Shown here piece by piece: positions 42,637-55,440 of a stretch of DNA of 64,000 nucleotides (position 1 is its first letter; every line of letters starts with the position of its first letter). The position numbers and the translations under genes were made by a program. The stretch is from Octopus vulgaris. Lineage: Eukaryota. The DNA lies in NCBI GenBank assembly GCA_951406725.2, contig OX597820.1:18414001-18478000 (forward strand). The letters run 5' to 3'. The notes under the pieces were generated by a model, which was not told the DNA's origin, did no database searches, and saw only the letters and a program-made list of their open reading frames with translations.

Positions 42637-42703
<67 letters not shown>

Positions 42704-42739
42704 TTGTTTTTTACTTATAATGTTCTATTATATATATAA

Positions 42740-42772
<33 letters not shown>

Positions 42773-42971
42773 GATATAGGTATAGATATAGATATATGTA
42801 TATGTATATGTATATGTATGGTATATGTGTGTGTGTGTATATGTATTGCTTGCGGGGGAATGCAGGCTATGGAGGAAAATAACTTATGAATTGCATTAGA
42901 GAAAAATAGTATATGATAAAAATTATTTTATGAAAGGAGAGAAAAATTATTCGTGTATATATATATATATA

Positions 42972-43057
<86 letters not shown>

Positions 43058-43141
43058 GTATCTATGTATATGTATATTTATATATATGGGTGTAAATATA
43101 TATCTATATATATATGGGTGTATGTATGTATATATATAGAT

Positions 43142-43173
<32 letters not shown>

Positions 43174-43245
43174 TAAGGTATGTAGAAAAATACAACATGG
43201 ACAAGAACGTATAACTCAAGAAAACGATACAATAAACACGGACAG

Positions 43246-43295
<50 letters not shown>

Positions 43296-43352
43296 TTAAT
43301 GTAAAATAGGGCTTTATAGAACCAGCTAGAAACATAAATTTAAGATAAAATG

Positions 43353-43403
<51 letters not shown>

Positions 43404-43580
43404 AACGTTTCTGTCAGCTCACCGCCTTGCCTGCACCAGACTTCTGTGACTGTTTTGACAGGATTTTTACTGCTGGATGTCCTTCCTAACACCAGCTACT
43501 CAGCAGAGTGGACTTAGTGTTTTTAAGTGGTACCTGCACTGACGGGGTCACCAAGTACTTACAGGACAAAAAAAAAAATA

Positions 43581-43772
43581 TACAGTTCTATATTTGAGAG
43601 ATGAGGAACTATGTACATTATTTATATTATTTACATTTGACAGATTATTGTCCTCATCTTGTTTGTTGTTAACACAGCATTTTGTCTGATGTACTCTCCA
43701 GCCTTCATCAGATGTCCTGGGGGAATTTTGAACCTGGGTTCTCATTCCTAAGGTATTTTTCTGTTGTTGTTG

Positions 43773-43843
<71 letters not shown>

Positions 43844-43925
43844 GTTGTTATTATTCAGGTCACTGCCTGGAATTGAACTAGGAATCTTGGGGTTAGTAGC
43901 CCGTGCTCTTAACCACTACGCCATA
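43581..43925 (-). mobile_element. tRNA-headed SINE-like element carrying a hammerhead-like motif
   Basis: Head TGGCGTAGTGGTTAAGAGCACGGGCTACTAACCCC..AGTTCAATTCC (A/B boxes), (AAT)n linker, then GACAT-CTGATGA-AGGCTGG..TCAGAC-AAAA-TG-CT-GTGTT at 43671-43716. Confidence 0.6.
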
Positions 43926-44254
43926 TCATCATCATCATGATCATCTCAAGTCTGCCTTCCATGCTAGCATGTGTGGGATGGTTTCACAAGAGCCAGTCAA
44001 GCGGAAAACTGAACCAGACTTCTGTGACTGTTTCTGCAGGATTTTTACAGCTGAATGCCCTTTCCTAACACCAACCACTGAGCAGAGTGGACTTAGTGCT
44101 TTTTACTGGCACAAGCTCAAGCGAGGTCAGTTTTGGCAAGGCTTTTACAGCTGGATGTCCTTCCGAACACCTACCACTTTACAGCGTGGACCGGGTACTA
44201 TTAAATGGCACCTGCACTGACAGAGTCACCAAGTACTGTATATCGATCTCAAAT

Positions 44255-44700
44255 TGTAGAGGGAACTTATGGAAGGGATAGACCCAGGAAGACATGGAAT
44301 GAAGTGGTGGGAAAGGATCTACAGACATTGGGACTCACGGAAGGGATGACAAGGGACCAAGACTCGTGACAGTTTGCCGTGCTTGAAGGGATGAGTCAAG
44401 CTAAGTAAAAGTGTGGTTGTCCTTGCAATATGGGCTCGACCCCTGCAACCTTCCCCAACTGAGCATCCCTAATCTTGCAGGCTCGTAAGTGATGATGACA
44501 CATAAAAAGCACCCATACCAGTGCTTTGTAAAAGTGCCCAGTACACTCTGTAAAGTGGTTGGCATTAGGAAGGGCATCCAACTATAGAAACCATGTTAGA
44601 ACAAACAGGGAACCTGAACAGCCCTTCAGCTGGTCAGCCCTTGTCAAACTGTCCAATCCATGTCAGCATGGAAAATGGATGTTAAATGATGATGATGATG
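44255..44700 (+). mobile_element. Diverged RTE LINE 3' end
   Basis: 'VEGTYGRDRPRKTWNEVV..DL', 3' UTR and (GAT)n tail. Confidence 0.7.
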
Positions 44701-46400
44701 GTGATAACGATGACGTCGACCATGACGACGATGATGACGACAACGACATTGATGATGATGGGGTGGTGATGATGATGATGATGACGACGACGACGACGAC
44801 GACGACGATGATGATGATGATGATGATGTTGGTGGTGGTGGTGGTGCTGGTGCTGGCGATGGTGCTGGTAGTATCCCATCATCCAAGAAAGGTAGTTGAG
44901 TAATTTCTTGCTGAACAACCTGCAGAAATTATCTGTTTATAGAGATCAAATGTATGTGTTGTACATAAGCTTACTCCCTGCAGGGGCAGAGTGTACCACG
45001 CATCAGGTGTTGAAGTGATTGCAGAGCAATTGGAGATGAAGTCTTTTGCTGAAAACACACAACACACCACCCAGTCCAGGAATTGAAACAACAATCTTGC
45101 AATTGTGAATGACGACATTCTAAGTACCAGGCCATGTGTTCCCACTATAAATGTGTATATATATATATATATTATAGATGTAGATATACATATATGATAG
45201 AATAAGTACTAGGCTTATAATGAACAAGTCCTGAGGTTGATTTGTTCAATTAAAACCCTTCAAGGTGGTGCTCCAGCATGGCCGCAGTCAAATGACTGAA
45301 ACGAGTAAAATAATAAAAGAACGAAAGATTAGTAGAAAAATAGTTCTTTATAGAACATTATTGATTAAAAAAATATATCACATGACCAACCAGACTATCA
45401 GATGTTGTTACACATCACTAATCACAATGCACTTTGCATCATTTTAACCTTCGAACGGTGCCACCCTGCTGGCTAGGTAAGCAGGCCAATATTCCCCACT
45501 GATTGAAAGGAGAACTGGAGCAATGCCTCCCCATCTGGGGATTGATCTCATGGTCTAGCAATCGTGAGTGCAAAAGCTTAACCCCCAGGCTAAGTGCTAA
45601 AACAACTCAAATCTTATTCTCATGTATTATAGCATCAAAAAGAATGGATATAGTTCATGACTAAAAATTAGTATCTAAAAGAATATTTTGCTATGGAAGA
45701 AACAAAAGAAAACATGAGATTATTTAATAAAGGTTAAAAAGAAAAATTATAAAACAGGAAATAACGTGATAAGAGGAAATCTTTAGTAACGTATATTAGA
45801 AATAAGCAGCGTTTTATTATTGAAAAAATTTCAGATGCATGATGGGAAATGGTACATTATTAAAATAAACATGATGGAAATTAAAGCATTAGCTAAGAAA
45901 TATTTCATTGAAAGATCTTTAATTAGATAGTTAGGTGAAGTTTGGCTTTGCAATAAATGTGGTTTTCGTCTTGGAAGTTTGATTTTTCTATATGGCCCTT
46001 TGAGCAAGGGCCACATTTGATTTTTCTACGAGGCCCTTTTCTATGTGGCCCTTTCTATGTGTCTTGTGCTTTGCCATCATCAAGTGGACTAATGTGTTGT
46101 GTCCCAATGTGTGGCATCTTTGGTAAATGTCTTCTGCTATGGCCTCAGGGTGAGGGAATTTGGTAGATGGAAACTGAAAGAAGCTTGCTCTATGTATGTG
46201 CATGTGTGTGTGTTTGTGTGTGTATGTATGTTTGTATGTATCTTTCTGTGAGTGCATTGCCTTTGTGTGTGCATCTGTGCGTATTGGTCTCTTTTGCCGA
46301 ACTGCTAAGTTACAAGGACGTAAACACACCAACATTGGTTGTCAAGTGATGGTGGGGGAACAAACACAGACATACAAATACATACATACACACATACAAA

Positions 46401-46445
<45 letters not shown>

Positions 46446-47377
46446 GACGTCTACCAAATCCACTCACAAGGCTTTGGTTGGCCCCACGGCCATAGTAGAA
46501 GACACTTGCTCAAGGTGTCATGCAGTGGGACTGAACCCGGAACCATGTGGTTGGAAAGCAAGCTTCTAACCACACAGCCGCACCTGCACCATTTTTTAAA
46601 AAATTTGCATAGTATATAATGAATATCATTAAATTTCTTTTTGTAAAAAATGCAGTTTCATTACTTTTTTCAAAACAAAAAAAAAAAACAAATTCTTTAA
46701 ATGGACTGACATTTATTATTTATTGTTTTTATTTATTTAAGTATTTGTTTATTATGTTCGTTAGTGTGATGAAAATACTAATCATTGTAACAGACAATCT
46801 ACAGCGAATAAATATACCGAGAGAGAAATTATGCGTTGACAAATGAAGCTTTTGTGAAAATAAATTCACATGACAACTCTTAATTCAATCAACTGCAGCA
46901 GGTCTAAGAAGTTGCAGCAAAGTGGCTGCTGAGTCATCATCACCATCGCCATCACCATCACCATCACCATCACCATCATCATCATCGTCATCGTCGTCAT
47001 CATCATCATCGTTATCATCATCATCACCATCATTATCATCATCATCATTATCGTCATCATCACTATTGTCATCATCATCACTATTGTCATCATCATCATC
47101 ACTGTTGCTGTCATCATTATCATCATCATCATTATCATCATCATCACTATTGTCATTATCATCATCATTGTTGTCATCATTATCATCATCCTCATTATCA
47201 TCATCATCAGCATCATCATCATCATCATCACCATCATTGTGGTCATCATCATCATCATCGTCTTCATCATCATCATCACCATCATTGTCGTCTTCATCAT
47301 TATCATCATCATCATCATCACCAGCATCGTCGTCATCATCGTCATCATCGTCGTCGTCGTCATCATCATCATCATCG

Positions 47378-47412
<35 letters not shown>

Positions 47413-48005
47413 GTTGTTGTCATCGTCACCGTCGTTATCATTTAATGTCCATTTTCCATGCTGGTGTAGCTTGAACAGTTTGACATGAACTGGCAAGGCC
47501 AAGGGCCACACTAGTTTCTATGGTCTGTTTTGGCATGGTTTCTACAGCTAGACACCCCTCCTAATGCCAACAACTTTACAGTGTCACCAGTGCTTTTTAC
47601 GTGGCACCATCACCTCTGTTTTTTATGTGGCACCAGCTCTAGTGCTTTTCATGAGGCACCAGCACCGGTGATTTTTATATGGAACCAGCACCACTGCTTT
47701 TTATGTGGCACCAGCACTGGTGCTTTTTATGTGGCACTGGCACTAGTGCCTTTTATGAGGCACCAATACCAGGTTCAGTCCAACTTTGTGACACCTTAGG
47801 CAGTGTCTTGCCCTATAACTGTGGCCAGCCAATGATATAGAGAGGAAATACTATTATATTTCCTGTCTATTTCCAGCATGTACATAATATGTTTAAAGAT
47901 AAACACTTCTCACAAAAAATCTCACTTAGCAAAGAACTCTAAGACTTCCAAAGCACAGTATTAATGGCATTAAAAACACCTGCATGGAACTAAAAGATAG
48001 AATAA

Positions 48006-48554
48006 TCACAGAATGACAGCAATCAAGAAAACAATGATGTAGATAACTAGCGTTGTTATCTCCCTTCCTGATATAACCAACGCTGCACTGAAATATATTT
48101 GAAAATAAATGTTTCACATGAAAATTAAACTTTGCAAAGCTGATGCAAGAAGTCTAAAATTACCAAAGTAAAAAATTAATTGCATTAAAAACACTTCTAT
48201 GTAAGTAAAGGTTAATGTAATCACACACAAAATTCACATAGCAACCGTTTAGGAAACATTCTTACAAGCACAATACAGAACAGCTAATATTTCAAATTAT
48301 ATTCAAATTATACTACACAAACCCTTTCACAGCTGACACAGTCAGATTATATTTATAAAAATGTGCATCATTCTTATGAAATCCATTATTAGAAGAGATT
48401 TCAATGCACTCAGAACTTCCTGGTTTTCAAATGATAGAAATAACAAAAGCGGTAACACAATAGCATTGCAACAAGAATTTATTCATTTGAAGAACCCATG
48501 CAGACAGACAAATATATCTCACCGACCCAACTGCAATAACTCTTCTTCAGGCAT
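48006..48554 (-). CDS. Candidate two-exon 37-aa single-TM micropeptide (48554-48523 + 48087-48006)
   Basis: ACG-ATG start after an in-frame TAA, donor CG|GTGAGA and acceptor ATTTCAG|T in matching phase. Peptide: MPEEELLQLGRAALVISGREITTLVIYIIVFLIAVIL*. Unique-sequence island. Confidence 0.3.
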
Positions 48555-48701
48555 CGTCTGCTTTCTAAACCTTCCTACTAAAGCCACTTAGCAAATATTC
48601 TTTATATTCTTCAGTGTTTCTTGGAACAGCAACCTGTGTAAAGATGCAACTCTCTCAGACTCAAAGAGATTTTTTTTTTAAATATATGTTTAAAAAAATG
48701 T

Positions 48702-49105
48702 TACTCTCTCTTTACTTGTTTCAGTCATTTGACTGCGGCCATGCTGGAGCACCGCCTTTAGTCGAGCAACTCGACCCCGGGACTTATTCTTTGTAAGCCC
48801 AGTACTTATTCTATCGGTCCCTTTTGCCAAACCGCTAAGTGACGGGGACGTAAATATACCAGCATCGGTTGTCAAGCAATGCTAGGGGGACAAACACAGG
48901 CACACAAACATATACACACACACTTATATATATATATACATATATATGACAGGCTTCTTTCAGTTTCCGTCTACCAAATCCACTCACAAGGCATTGGTCG
49001 GCCCGGGGCTATAGCAGAAGACACTTGCCCAAGATGCCATGCAGTGGGACTGAACCCGGAACCATGAGGTTGGTTAGCAAGCTACTTACCACACAGCTAC
49101 TCCTG
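48702..49105 (-). mobile_element. SINE family A, full length (further copies at 49225-49385 and 49385-49736)
   Basis: Closely similar to 5327-5731. Confidence 0.85.
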
Positions 49106-49734
49106 TTGTTGAGGAATCACCAAACTTCTTTGTTGCAAGATCCTACCATTTTTAGTAACATTAAAAAAAAATAATTTAAAAATTTGTAAAGAAAGTAAAA
49201 AAAAAATGACATGCAGGACATAAGCACAGGCATGGCTGTGTGGTAAGAAGCTTGCTTTCCAACCACATGGTTCAAGGTTCAGTCCTACTGCGTAGCATTT
49301 TGGGTAAGTATTTTCTGCTATATCCTCGGGCTGACCAAAGTCTTGTGAGTGAATTTGATTGATAGGAACTGAGAGAAGCCTATCATTCTTTTACTTGCTT
49401 CAGTCATTTGACTGCAGTCATGCTGGAGCACTGCCTTTAGTCAAACAAATCGACTCCAAGACTTAATCTACCAGTCACCTTTGCAAAACTACTAAGTTAC
49501 AAGAATGTAAATACACCAACACCGGTTGTCAAGCAATGGTGGGGAACAAACACACACACACACATATATATACGATGAGTTTCTTTCAGTTTCCATCTAC
49601 CAAATCTACTCATAAGACTTTGGTTGACCCAAGGCTATAGTAGAAGACACTTGCCCAAGGTTCCACACAGTGGGACTGAGCCCAGAACCATGTGGATGGG
49701 AAGCAAGCTTCATACCACTCAGACACACCTGCAC

Positions 49735-49771
<37 letters not shown>

Positions 49772-50249
49772 CAAAATGCACCCCGTCCAATGGACGGTGC
49801 TGAGTTGTCAAACGTTTAAACCAAATTTTCTCAAAAGAACTTGTCCGACCATCCCATAGGCCTCCCCTTTGAGAAACACTGATTTAACCTAAATTTGAGA
49901 TACCAGCAAAAGAAGAAATAAAGATAGACTTTTTTTCTATTCCAAAGAAAAACGATTTTATTCACGCAAATATGCAACTGAAAAGTTTAAAGTACCAGTA
50001 ATGATAAGGCTGTTCACTGGGAGAACACAAACATGGTTTAAACAGTTCTTTTCATTAAAAAATAATTAAGCATGCCTTTATTTCAATAAAAATTTTTGGT
50101 TTTGTTAAACGAAGTTAAGGCAAAAAAAAAACTTCTTGAGAAATCAAATAGTCTTTCCTTCCTTCATGCCAAGTCTGAAGAAAATATCTTTTTGGCATCT
50201 TAGTTTTTTGGTCTCTTAAATATACTGCATTTTGTGGCATTATTTCAAG

Positions 50250-50527
50250 CCAGCTGGCTTTTTTGCGCAAACTGCACGTGCATTTTTCTTGTGTATGCGT
50301 AGTATCGATCACAACAGCTGATGTACTTGCACGTACAAATGCACGTTCCCACGGCTTTATCGATTGCATTCTCACCTGGAATCGATTTTTGTAAATTTTT
50401 CAAGATTTACACACACCTTGATACCAGGTATCTACATATCAAATTTGAGCGCAATTGGATGGAGGATGCCCGAGATCCTAGAAGACACACACACAGACAG
50501 ACAGAACAGATTTTATATAATAGATAT
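50250..50527. mobile_element. Helitron/HINE-like remnant
   Basis: 'TATCAAATTTGAGCGCAATTGGATG..CACACAGACAGACAG..TTTTATATAATAGAT' terminus. Confidence 0.45.
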
Positions 50528-51699
50528 ATCTGTGTTTGTGTTTGTTCCCACCACCACTAGACAATAGGTGCTGGTATGTTTATGACCCTGTAGCTTAGTG
50601 GTTTGGCAAAAGAGACCAGTAGAATAAATACCAGGCTTTAAAAACATAAGTAACGATGTCGATACATTCGGCTAAAAATTCCAGTGCTCAACCAGTGTTT
50701 ACTTTATCAACACCGAAAGGATGAAATCAATGTTGACTTTGACAGAATTTGAACTCAGAATGTGAAGATGGAAAAAATGCCACTTAAACCTTCTGACTGG
50801 TGTGCTAAAGATTCTGCCAATGATAATAAAAGCACTACAAAGCAGGAAAATAAAACTGTCAGATATTTGGATCCAATATAAACCACGAAACCAACTGTTA
50901 AACTCTATACAGAGTTATAAGCAACATCAAGAATTACAACAACAATTGACACAACACACCCAATGTTAATCACATTAACAACCTCAAACAACATAGTCAC
51001 TCACATGAGGGTCAATAAAATAAGCACAAGTCAAGTATTTGCCCTTCTTTAAAAATCTCTGGCCTTGTGCTTATTGTAACACAGAAATGATTATCGGAAA
51101 AATGAAAGACAAAACGGAGGTCAGTTTTTGCTTTGCATCCTTATGGAATCAATAAATATATTACACATTGCACTCAAGTATTGGGTTTGACATAATCAAC
51201 TCGACTCCTCCCTAAATTTGGGGCCTTGTGCCAGCATTAGAAATTATTATTATTATCATTATTATTATCGTTATTATAATTATTTATTGTCTTTGAACAG
51301 CTTCTAATGCTGGAGATGTACTACGTTGCCAGCTGTTCACTACCAGTGAACTAAGGTAACACCCCTTATTTTTCGAGCACCATCTGGAGTATTCGAGGGG
51401 TTCCATGCAGTGCTGTTTTCTGCAAGTGCTCCACCCTTATTGCATCCCTTATTTGTTCCATGTGCTATTGTTATTATTATTATTATTATTATAATTATTA
51501 TTATTATTAGCGGCATTTCATCTGTCTTTATGTTCTGTGTTCAATTCCGCTGAGATTGAGTTTGCTTTCCATCCTTTCAGGGTCAGTAAAATAAGTACCA
51601 ATCAAGTACAGGGGTTGATATTACTGATTATCCTCCTCCACCAAATTTCAGGCCTTGTGTCTATGGTAGAAAGTATTAATATTATTATTATTATTATTA

Positions 51700-52233
51700 T
51701 TCAGTAGTTTTATTTTTATATCGAGCTTTCACTTCACTACCGAGCACAGCTCTGTGTGCCTTGGGTATGTACTGTGATTTGTTGTGATGCTCTGATGGTT
51801 ATTGTATTGAAAGTATTCTGTGTAGGATGTGTGCGGTGCCTAGTAGTGCAATTTTCTGTATGTTATATGTGTTTGTAAGTCCTGGTGCTTTTGTTATGCA
51901 TTTGTCTGAATATTTCTTTATCATGCCTAATGTGCCTACTATAATAGGAATTGTTTCTGTTTTTAGATTCCACATTCTGGTTACCTCTATTTCCAGGTCT
52001 TTGTATTTTGAAAGTTTCTCCATTTCTTTTAGGTACACGTTGTCATCTGCTGGTATTGATACATCAATTAGAAAGCATTTTTTTTTTCATGATCTCTGAC
52101 AACTATATCTGGCCTGTTGGCCTTAATTTCTCTTTCTGTGTGTATTGGCATATCCCAGAGTATGGTTGCTTACTTGTTTTCTGTAACCTTTTCTGGTGTG
52201 TGCCTATACCATCTTTTTTCCATTGTTATTCCA

Positions 52234-52234
<1 letters not shown>
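51700..52234 (-). mobile_element. R4/Dong-like LINE 3' end
   Basis: 'KEMEKLSKYKDLEIEVTRMWNLK..IPIIVGTLG..IQKIALLGTAHILHRIL*', between (ATT)n tracts. Confidence 0.8.
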
Positions 52235-52296
<62 letters not shown>

Positions 52297-52309
52297 CATT
52301 ATTATTATT

Positions 52310-52800
52310 AGGCTGGGGCAGGCAATTTTTATTTGTCTAATAGCTATAGGGAAAGAGGTAATATGGTGGCCCTGTTTGAAAGGGCTAAAGACAGACACTT
52401 TCCTCTTTGGCCAAGCCCTCATCAACTATTTTAAGTTTCACTTGAAAAGGAAGTTGAGGGTGGAGAGGGAAGTGTTGTCTTGTAGCAACTTTGTTGAAAG
52501 GTGGGGGAATGTTGGAGGAATGGCCAGTGTGAAAAGAACAATTCTGAGCATACACCTGTGAGAAATAAAAGGAGAAAGGTTCTTGCCCTGTTGATCAAGC
52601 ACCCATGGCTTTTGTGGGTTTTTCTACAAGGGCCTTAAAGCATCTCACCTATTGGGAGTTTTAATTTACTTATTTTTTTTTTATTGTTATACCTTGTTTA
52701 CACACAGAAAACCCATTGCATCATCCAGTTTTTGTCTTTTATGTTGGTTTCATGTCTTTTAATGTTATTTTGTGTGAGCCCTTGTGGCTAATAAAAGAAT
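52310..52800 (+). mobile_element. L1/Tx1-like LINE 3' end
   Basis: 'IFICLIAIGKEVIWW..LINYFKFHLKRKLRVEREVL..FVERW', then a UTR and AATAAA. Confidence 0.55.
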
Positions 52801-52833
52801 GAATTATCATCATTATTATTAATATTATTATTA

Positions 52834-52931
52834 CAGCGGTATATATTCTAAAATTGGAATGATACAGAGAAGATTAGCATGGCCCCTGCCCAAGGATGAC
52901 ACACAAATTTGTGAAGCGTTCCATATTTTTT
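52834..52931 (+). ncRNA. U6: U6 snRNA copy, 5'-truncated (probable retro-pseudogene)
   Basis: CTAAAATTGGAATGATACAGAGAAGATTAGCATGGCCCCTGCCCAAGGATGACACACAAATTTGTGAAGCGTTCCATATTTTT. The ACAGAGA box and AGC triad are intact, and most differences from canonical U6 fall at CpGs. Confidence 0.92.
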
Positions 52932-52934
52932 CTA

Positions 52935-53035
52935 AGTGCAGGAGTGGTGTAATAAGTAGCTTGCTTGCCAGCCACATGATTCCGGTTTCAGTCCCACTGC
53001 ATGGCACCTTGGGCAAGTGTCTTCTACTATAGCCT

Positions 53036-53106
<71 letters not shown>

Positions 53107-53109
53107 TAC

Positions 53110-53169
<60 letters not shown>

Positions 53170-53401
53170 GTATGTGAGTGTATGTGTTTGTGTGTCTGTG
53201 TTTGTCCCCCCAACATCGCTTGACAATCGATGCTGGTGTGCTTACGTCCCTGTAACTTAGCGGTTCGGCAAAAGAGACCAATAGAATAAGCACTAGGCTT
53301 ACAAAGAATAAGTCCTGGGGTCGATTTGTTCGAGTAAAGGCGTTGCTCCAGCATGGCCACAGTCAAATGACTGAAACAAGTAAAAGAGAGTAAAAGAGAG
53401 T
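52935..53401 (+). mobile_element. SINE family A directly downstream of U6
   Basis: AGTGCAGGAGTGGTG..AAGTAGCTTGC head through the GTAAAAGAGAG tail. Confidence 0.8.
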
Positions 53402-54039
53402 ATATCAATTTCTACCAAAGTGTATCCATTTGTTCATTAGCTCTGTTTCATATTCTCAAAGACAACAATTCTGCAGCACTTGATTGACAACAACAGATCG
53501 CAGACAACAGAAATCGTTGGGAAAATATTTTCTCTTCAGCTCTCTCTCCTTCTTCGCCCATCACCACCATCGCCACCACCACCACCACCACTACAACCAC
53601 TTCCATTCCTCCTCGTATATATTCTTATCGACGTGAAGTCGGGTGATGGTGAGAGGTGATGAACCTGCACCAAGAAGTGTCAACATCAAACCAAAACAAA
53701 AACAAAACAAAACAGAAACCAGATTTGCTTCGGCTATTGACTCAACTGAACGGGTTCGTAGCATCCTTTACTACATCTTTCCCCTCCATTGCATCACTCA
53801 ATACTTTTCCTTTTCCTTTCTTTCCTTTTTTTTTTTACTCCTTATCGTTATTTCTTCTTCCTTTTATTTCTCTCTCCCCTCTCCCTCTTTCTCTCTCTCT
53901 CTATTCCCTCCTCTCCTTTTCTTTCTCCATCTTGGTTTTTCATTTGTATTTCGCTTTTGTTCTTTAATCCTTTCTTCGCCTTCTTACCTTTTTCCTTTTC
54001 ATTTCTTTTTTTCATCTCCTCTGCTTCAGCTCTCTTCTT

Positions 54040-54740
54040 CTGCCAGTTTTCTTCTTCTTCTTCTTCTTCTTCTTCTTCTCTTCCTCCTCCTTCTTCTCCT
54101 TCTTCCCCTTCTTTCTCTTCTTCTTCTCTTCCTCCTCCTCCTCCTCCTCCTTCGTCTTCTTCTTCTTCTCCTCCTTCTTCTCCTTCTTCCCCTTCTTCTT
54201 CTCCTCCTCCTCCTCCTCCTCCTCCTTCGTCTTCTTCTCCTTCTTCCCCTCTTCCTCTTCCTCTTCCCCTCCTCCTCCTCCTCCTCCTTCTTCTTCCTCT
54301 TCTTTTTCTTCTTCTTCTTATCCTCCTCCTCCTCCTCCTCCTCTACCAAAGAATATTCCTATAGTCTGTTTCTTCTCATTTTACAATTTTACTTTTTATT
54401 TTCTCCTCCTCCTTCTCCTCTTCCTCCTCCTCCTTTGTTTTTCTTCCTTCTTTTCCTTTCACCTCATCTCCTCGCTCTCTCTTCTTCTCCTGTCTTTGTC
54501 ATCCTCCCTTTCCCTCCTTCCTTTCCCTCCTTCCTTTCCCTCTCCCTCTCTCCCCGCCCTCTCTCTCTCTCTCTCTCTCATTGGTGATGCATAGTAAAAT
54601 ATTTAAGCAATCCAGTAATGTCAGCATAAACTTGGCTGAAAACAGATTTTCATGAAGAAGTGTTCTTACAATGAGTAGAACTGTAAAAAAAAATAAAACG
54701 TTAACAGTCATGGCGTGGTGTGGGGGGTGGGAGTGATAAT

Positions 54741-54780
<40 letters not shown>

Positions 54781-54987
54781 CAGTAGTAGTAGCAACAGCA
54801 GCAGCAGTAGTGGTGGTGTTGGTGGTGGTGGTAATGGTTGTGGTGGTGGTAGTGGTAGTGGTGGTGGTAGGGGCAGCAGCATTAGTAGTAGTAGTAGTAG
54901 TAGCAGTAGCAGCATCAGCAGTAGTAGTAGCAGCAGCAGCAGCAGTAGGAATAGCAGCAGCATTAGTAGTAGGAATAGCAGCAGCAA

Positions 54988-55026
<39 letters not shown>

Positions 55027-55077
55027 CAGCAGCGGTAGGAGTAGCAGCAGCATTAGTAGTAGGAATAGCAGCAGCAA

Positions 55078-55110
<33 letters not shown>

Positions 55111-55218
55111 CAGCAGCAGCAGCAGTAGGAGTAGCAGCAGCAGCATTAGCAGTAGTAGTACAGCAGCAGCAGCAGTAGTAATAATAGTAGCAGCAGCAGT
55201 AGTAGTGGTAGTAGCAAC

Positions 55219-55271
<53 letters not shown>

Positions 55272-55440
55272 CAGCAATAGTAATAGTATCAGCAGCAGCA
55301 GTAGTAGTGGTAGTAGTAACAGCAGTGGTAGTAGTAACAGCAGTGGTAGTAGTGGTTGCAGCAGCAGCAATAGTAGAAGTAGTAGTAGTAATAGCAGTAG
55401 TAGTAGCAACAGCAGCAGCTGTTGTTGTTGTAGTAGTAGT
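54040..55440. repeat. (CTT/CCT)n and (AGT/AGC)n trinucleotide fields
   Basis: Read directly from the sequence. Confidence 0.9.

Noticed and set aside
43856-43925. Functional tRNA gene (also the SINE heads at 28646 and 56476)
   Set aside because: There is no acceptor stem pairing, and the sequence runs on into repeat bodies, so these are SINE heads.
48426-48491. Intronic miRNA or snoRNA hairpin (TTCAAATGA/TCATTTGAA)
   Set aside because: Only a 9-bp outer stem forms, the interior pairs poorly, and no C/D or H/ACA boxes were recognised.
52834-52931. Functional U6 gene
   Set aside because: The 5' stem-loop is missing, no upstream PSE/TATA is evident, CpG-type mutations are present and the flanks are repeats.
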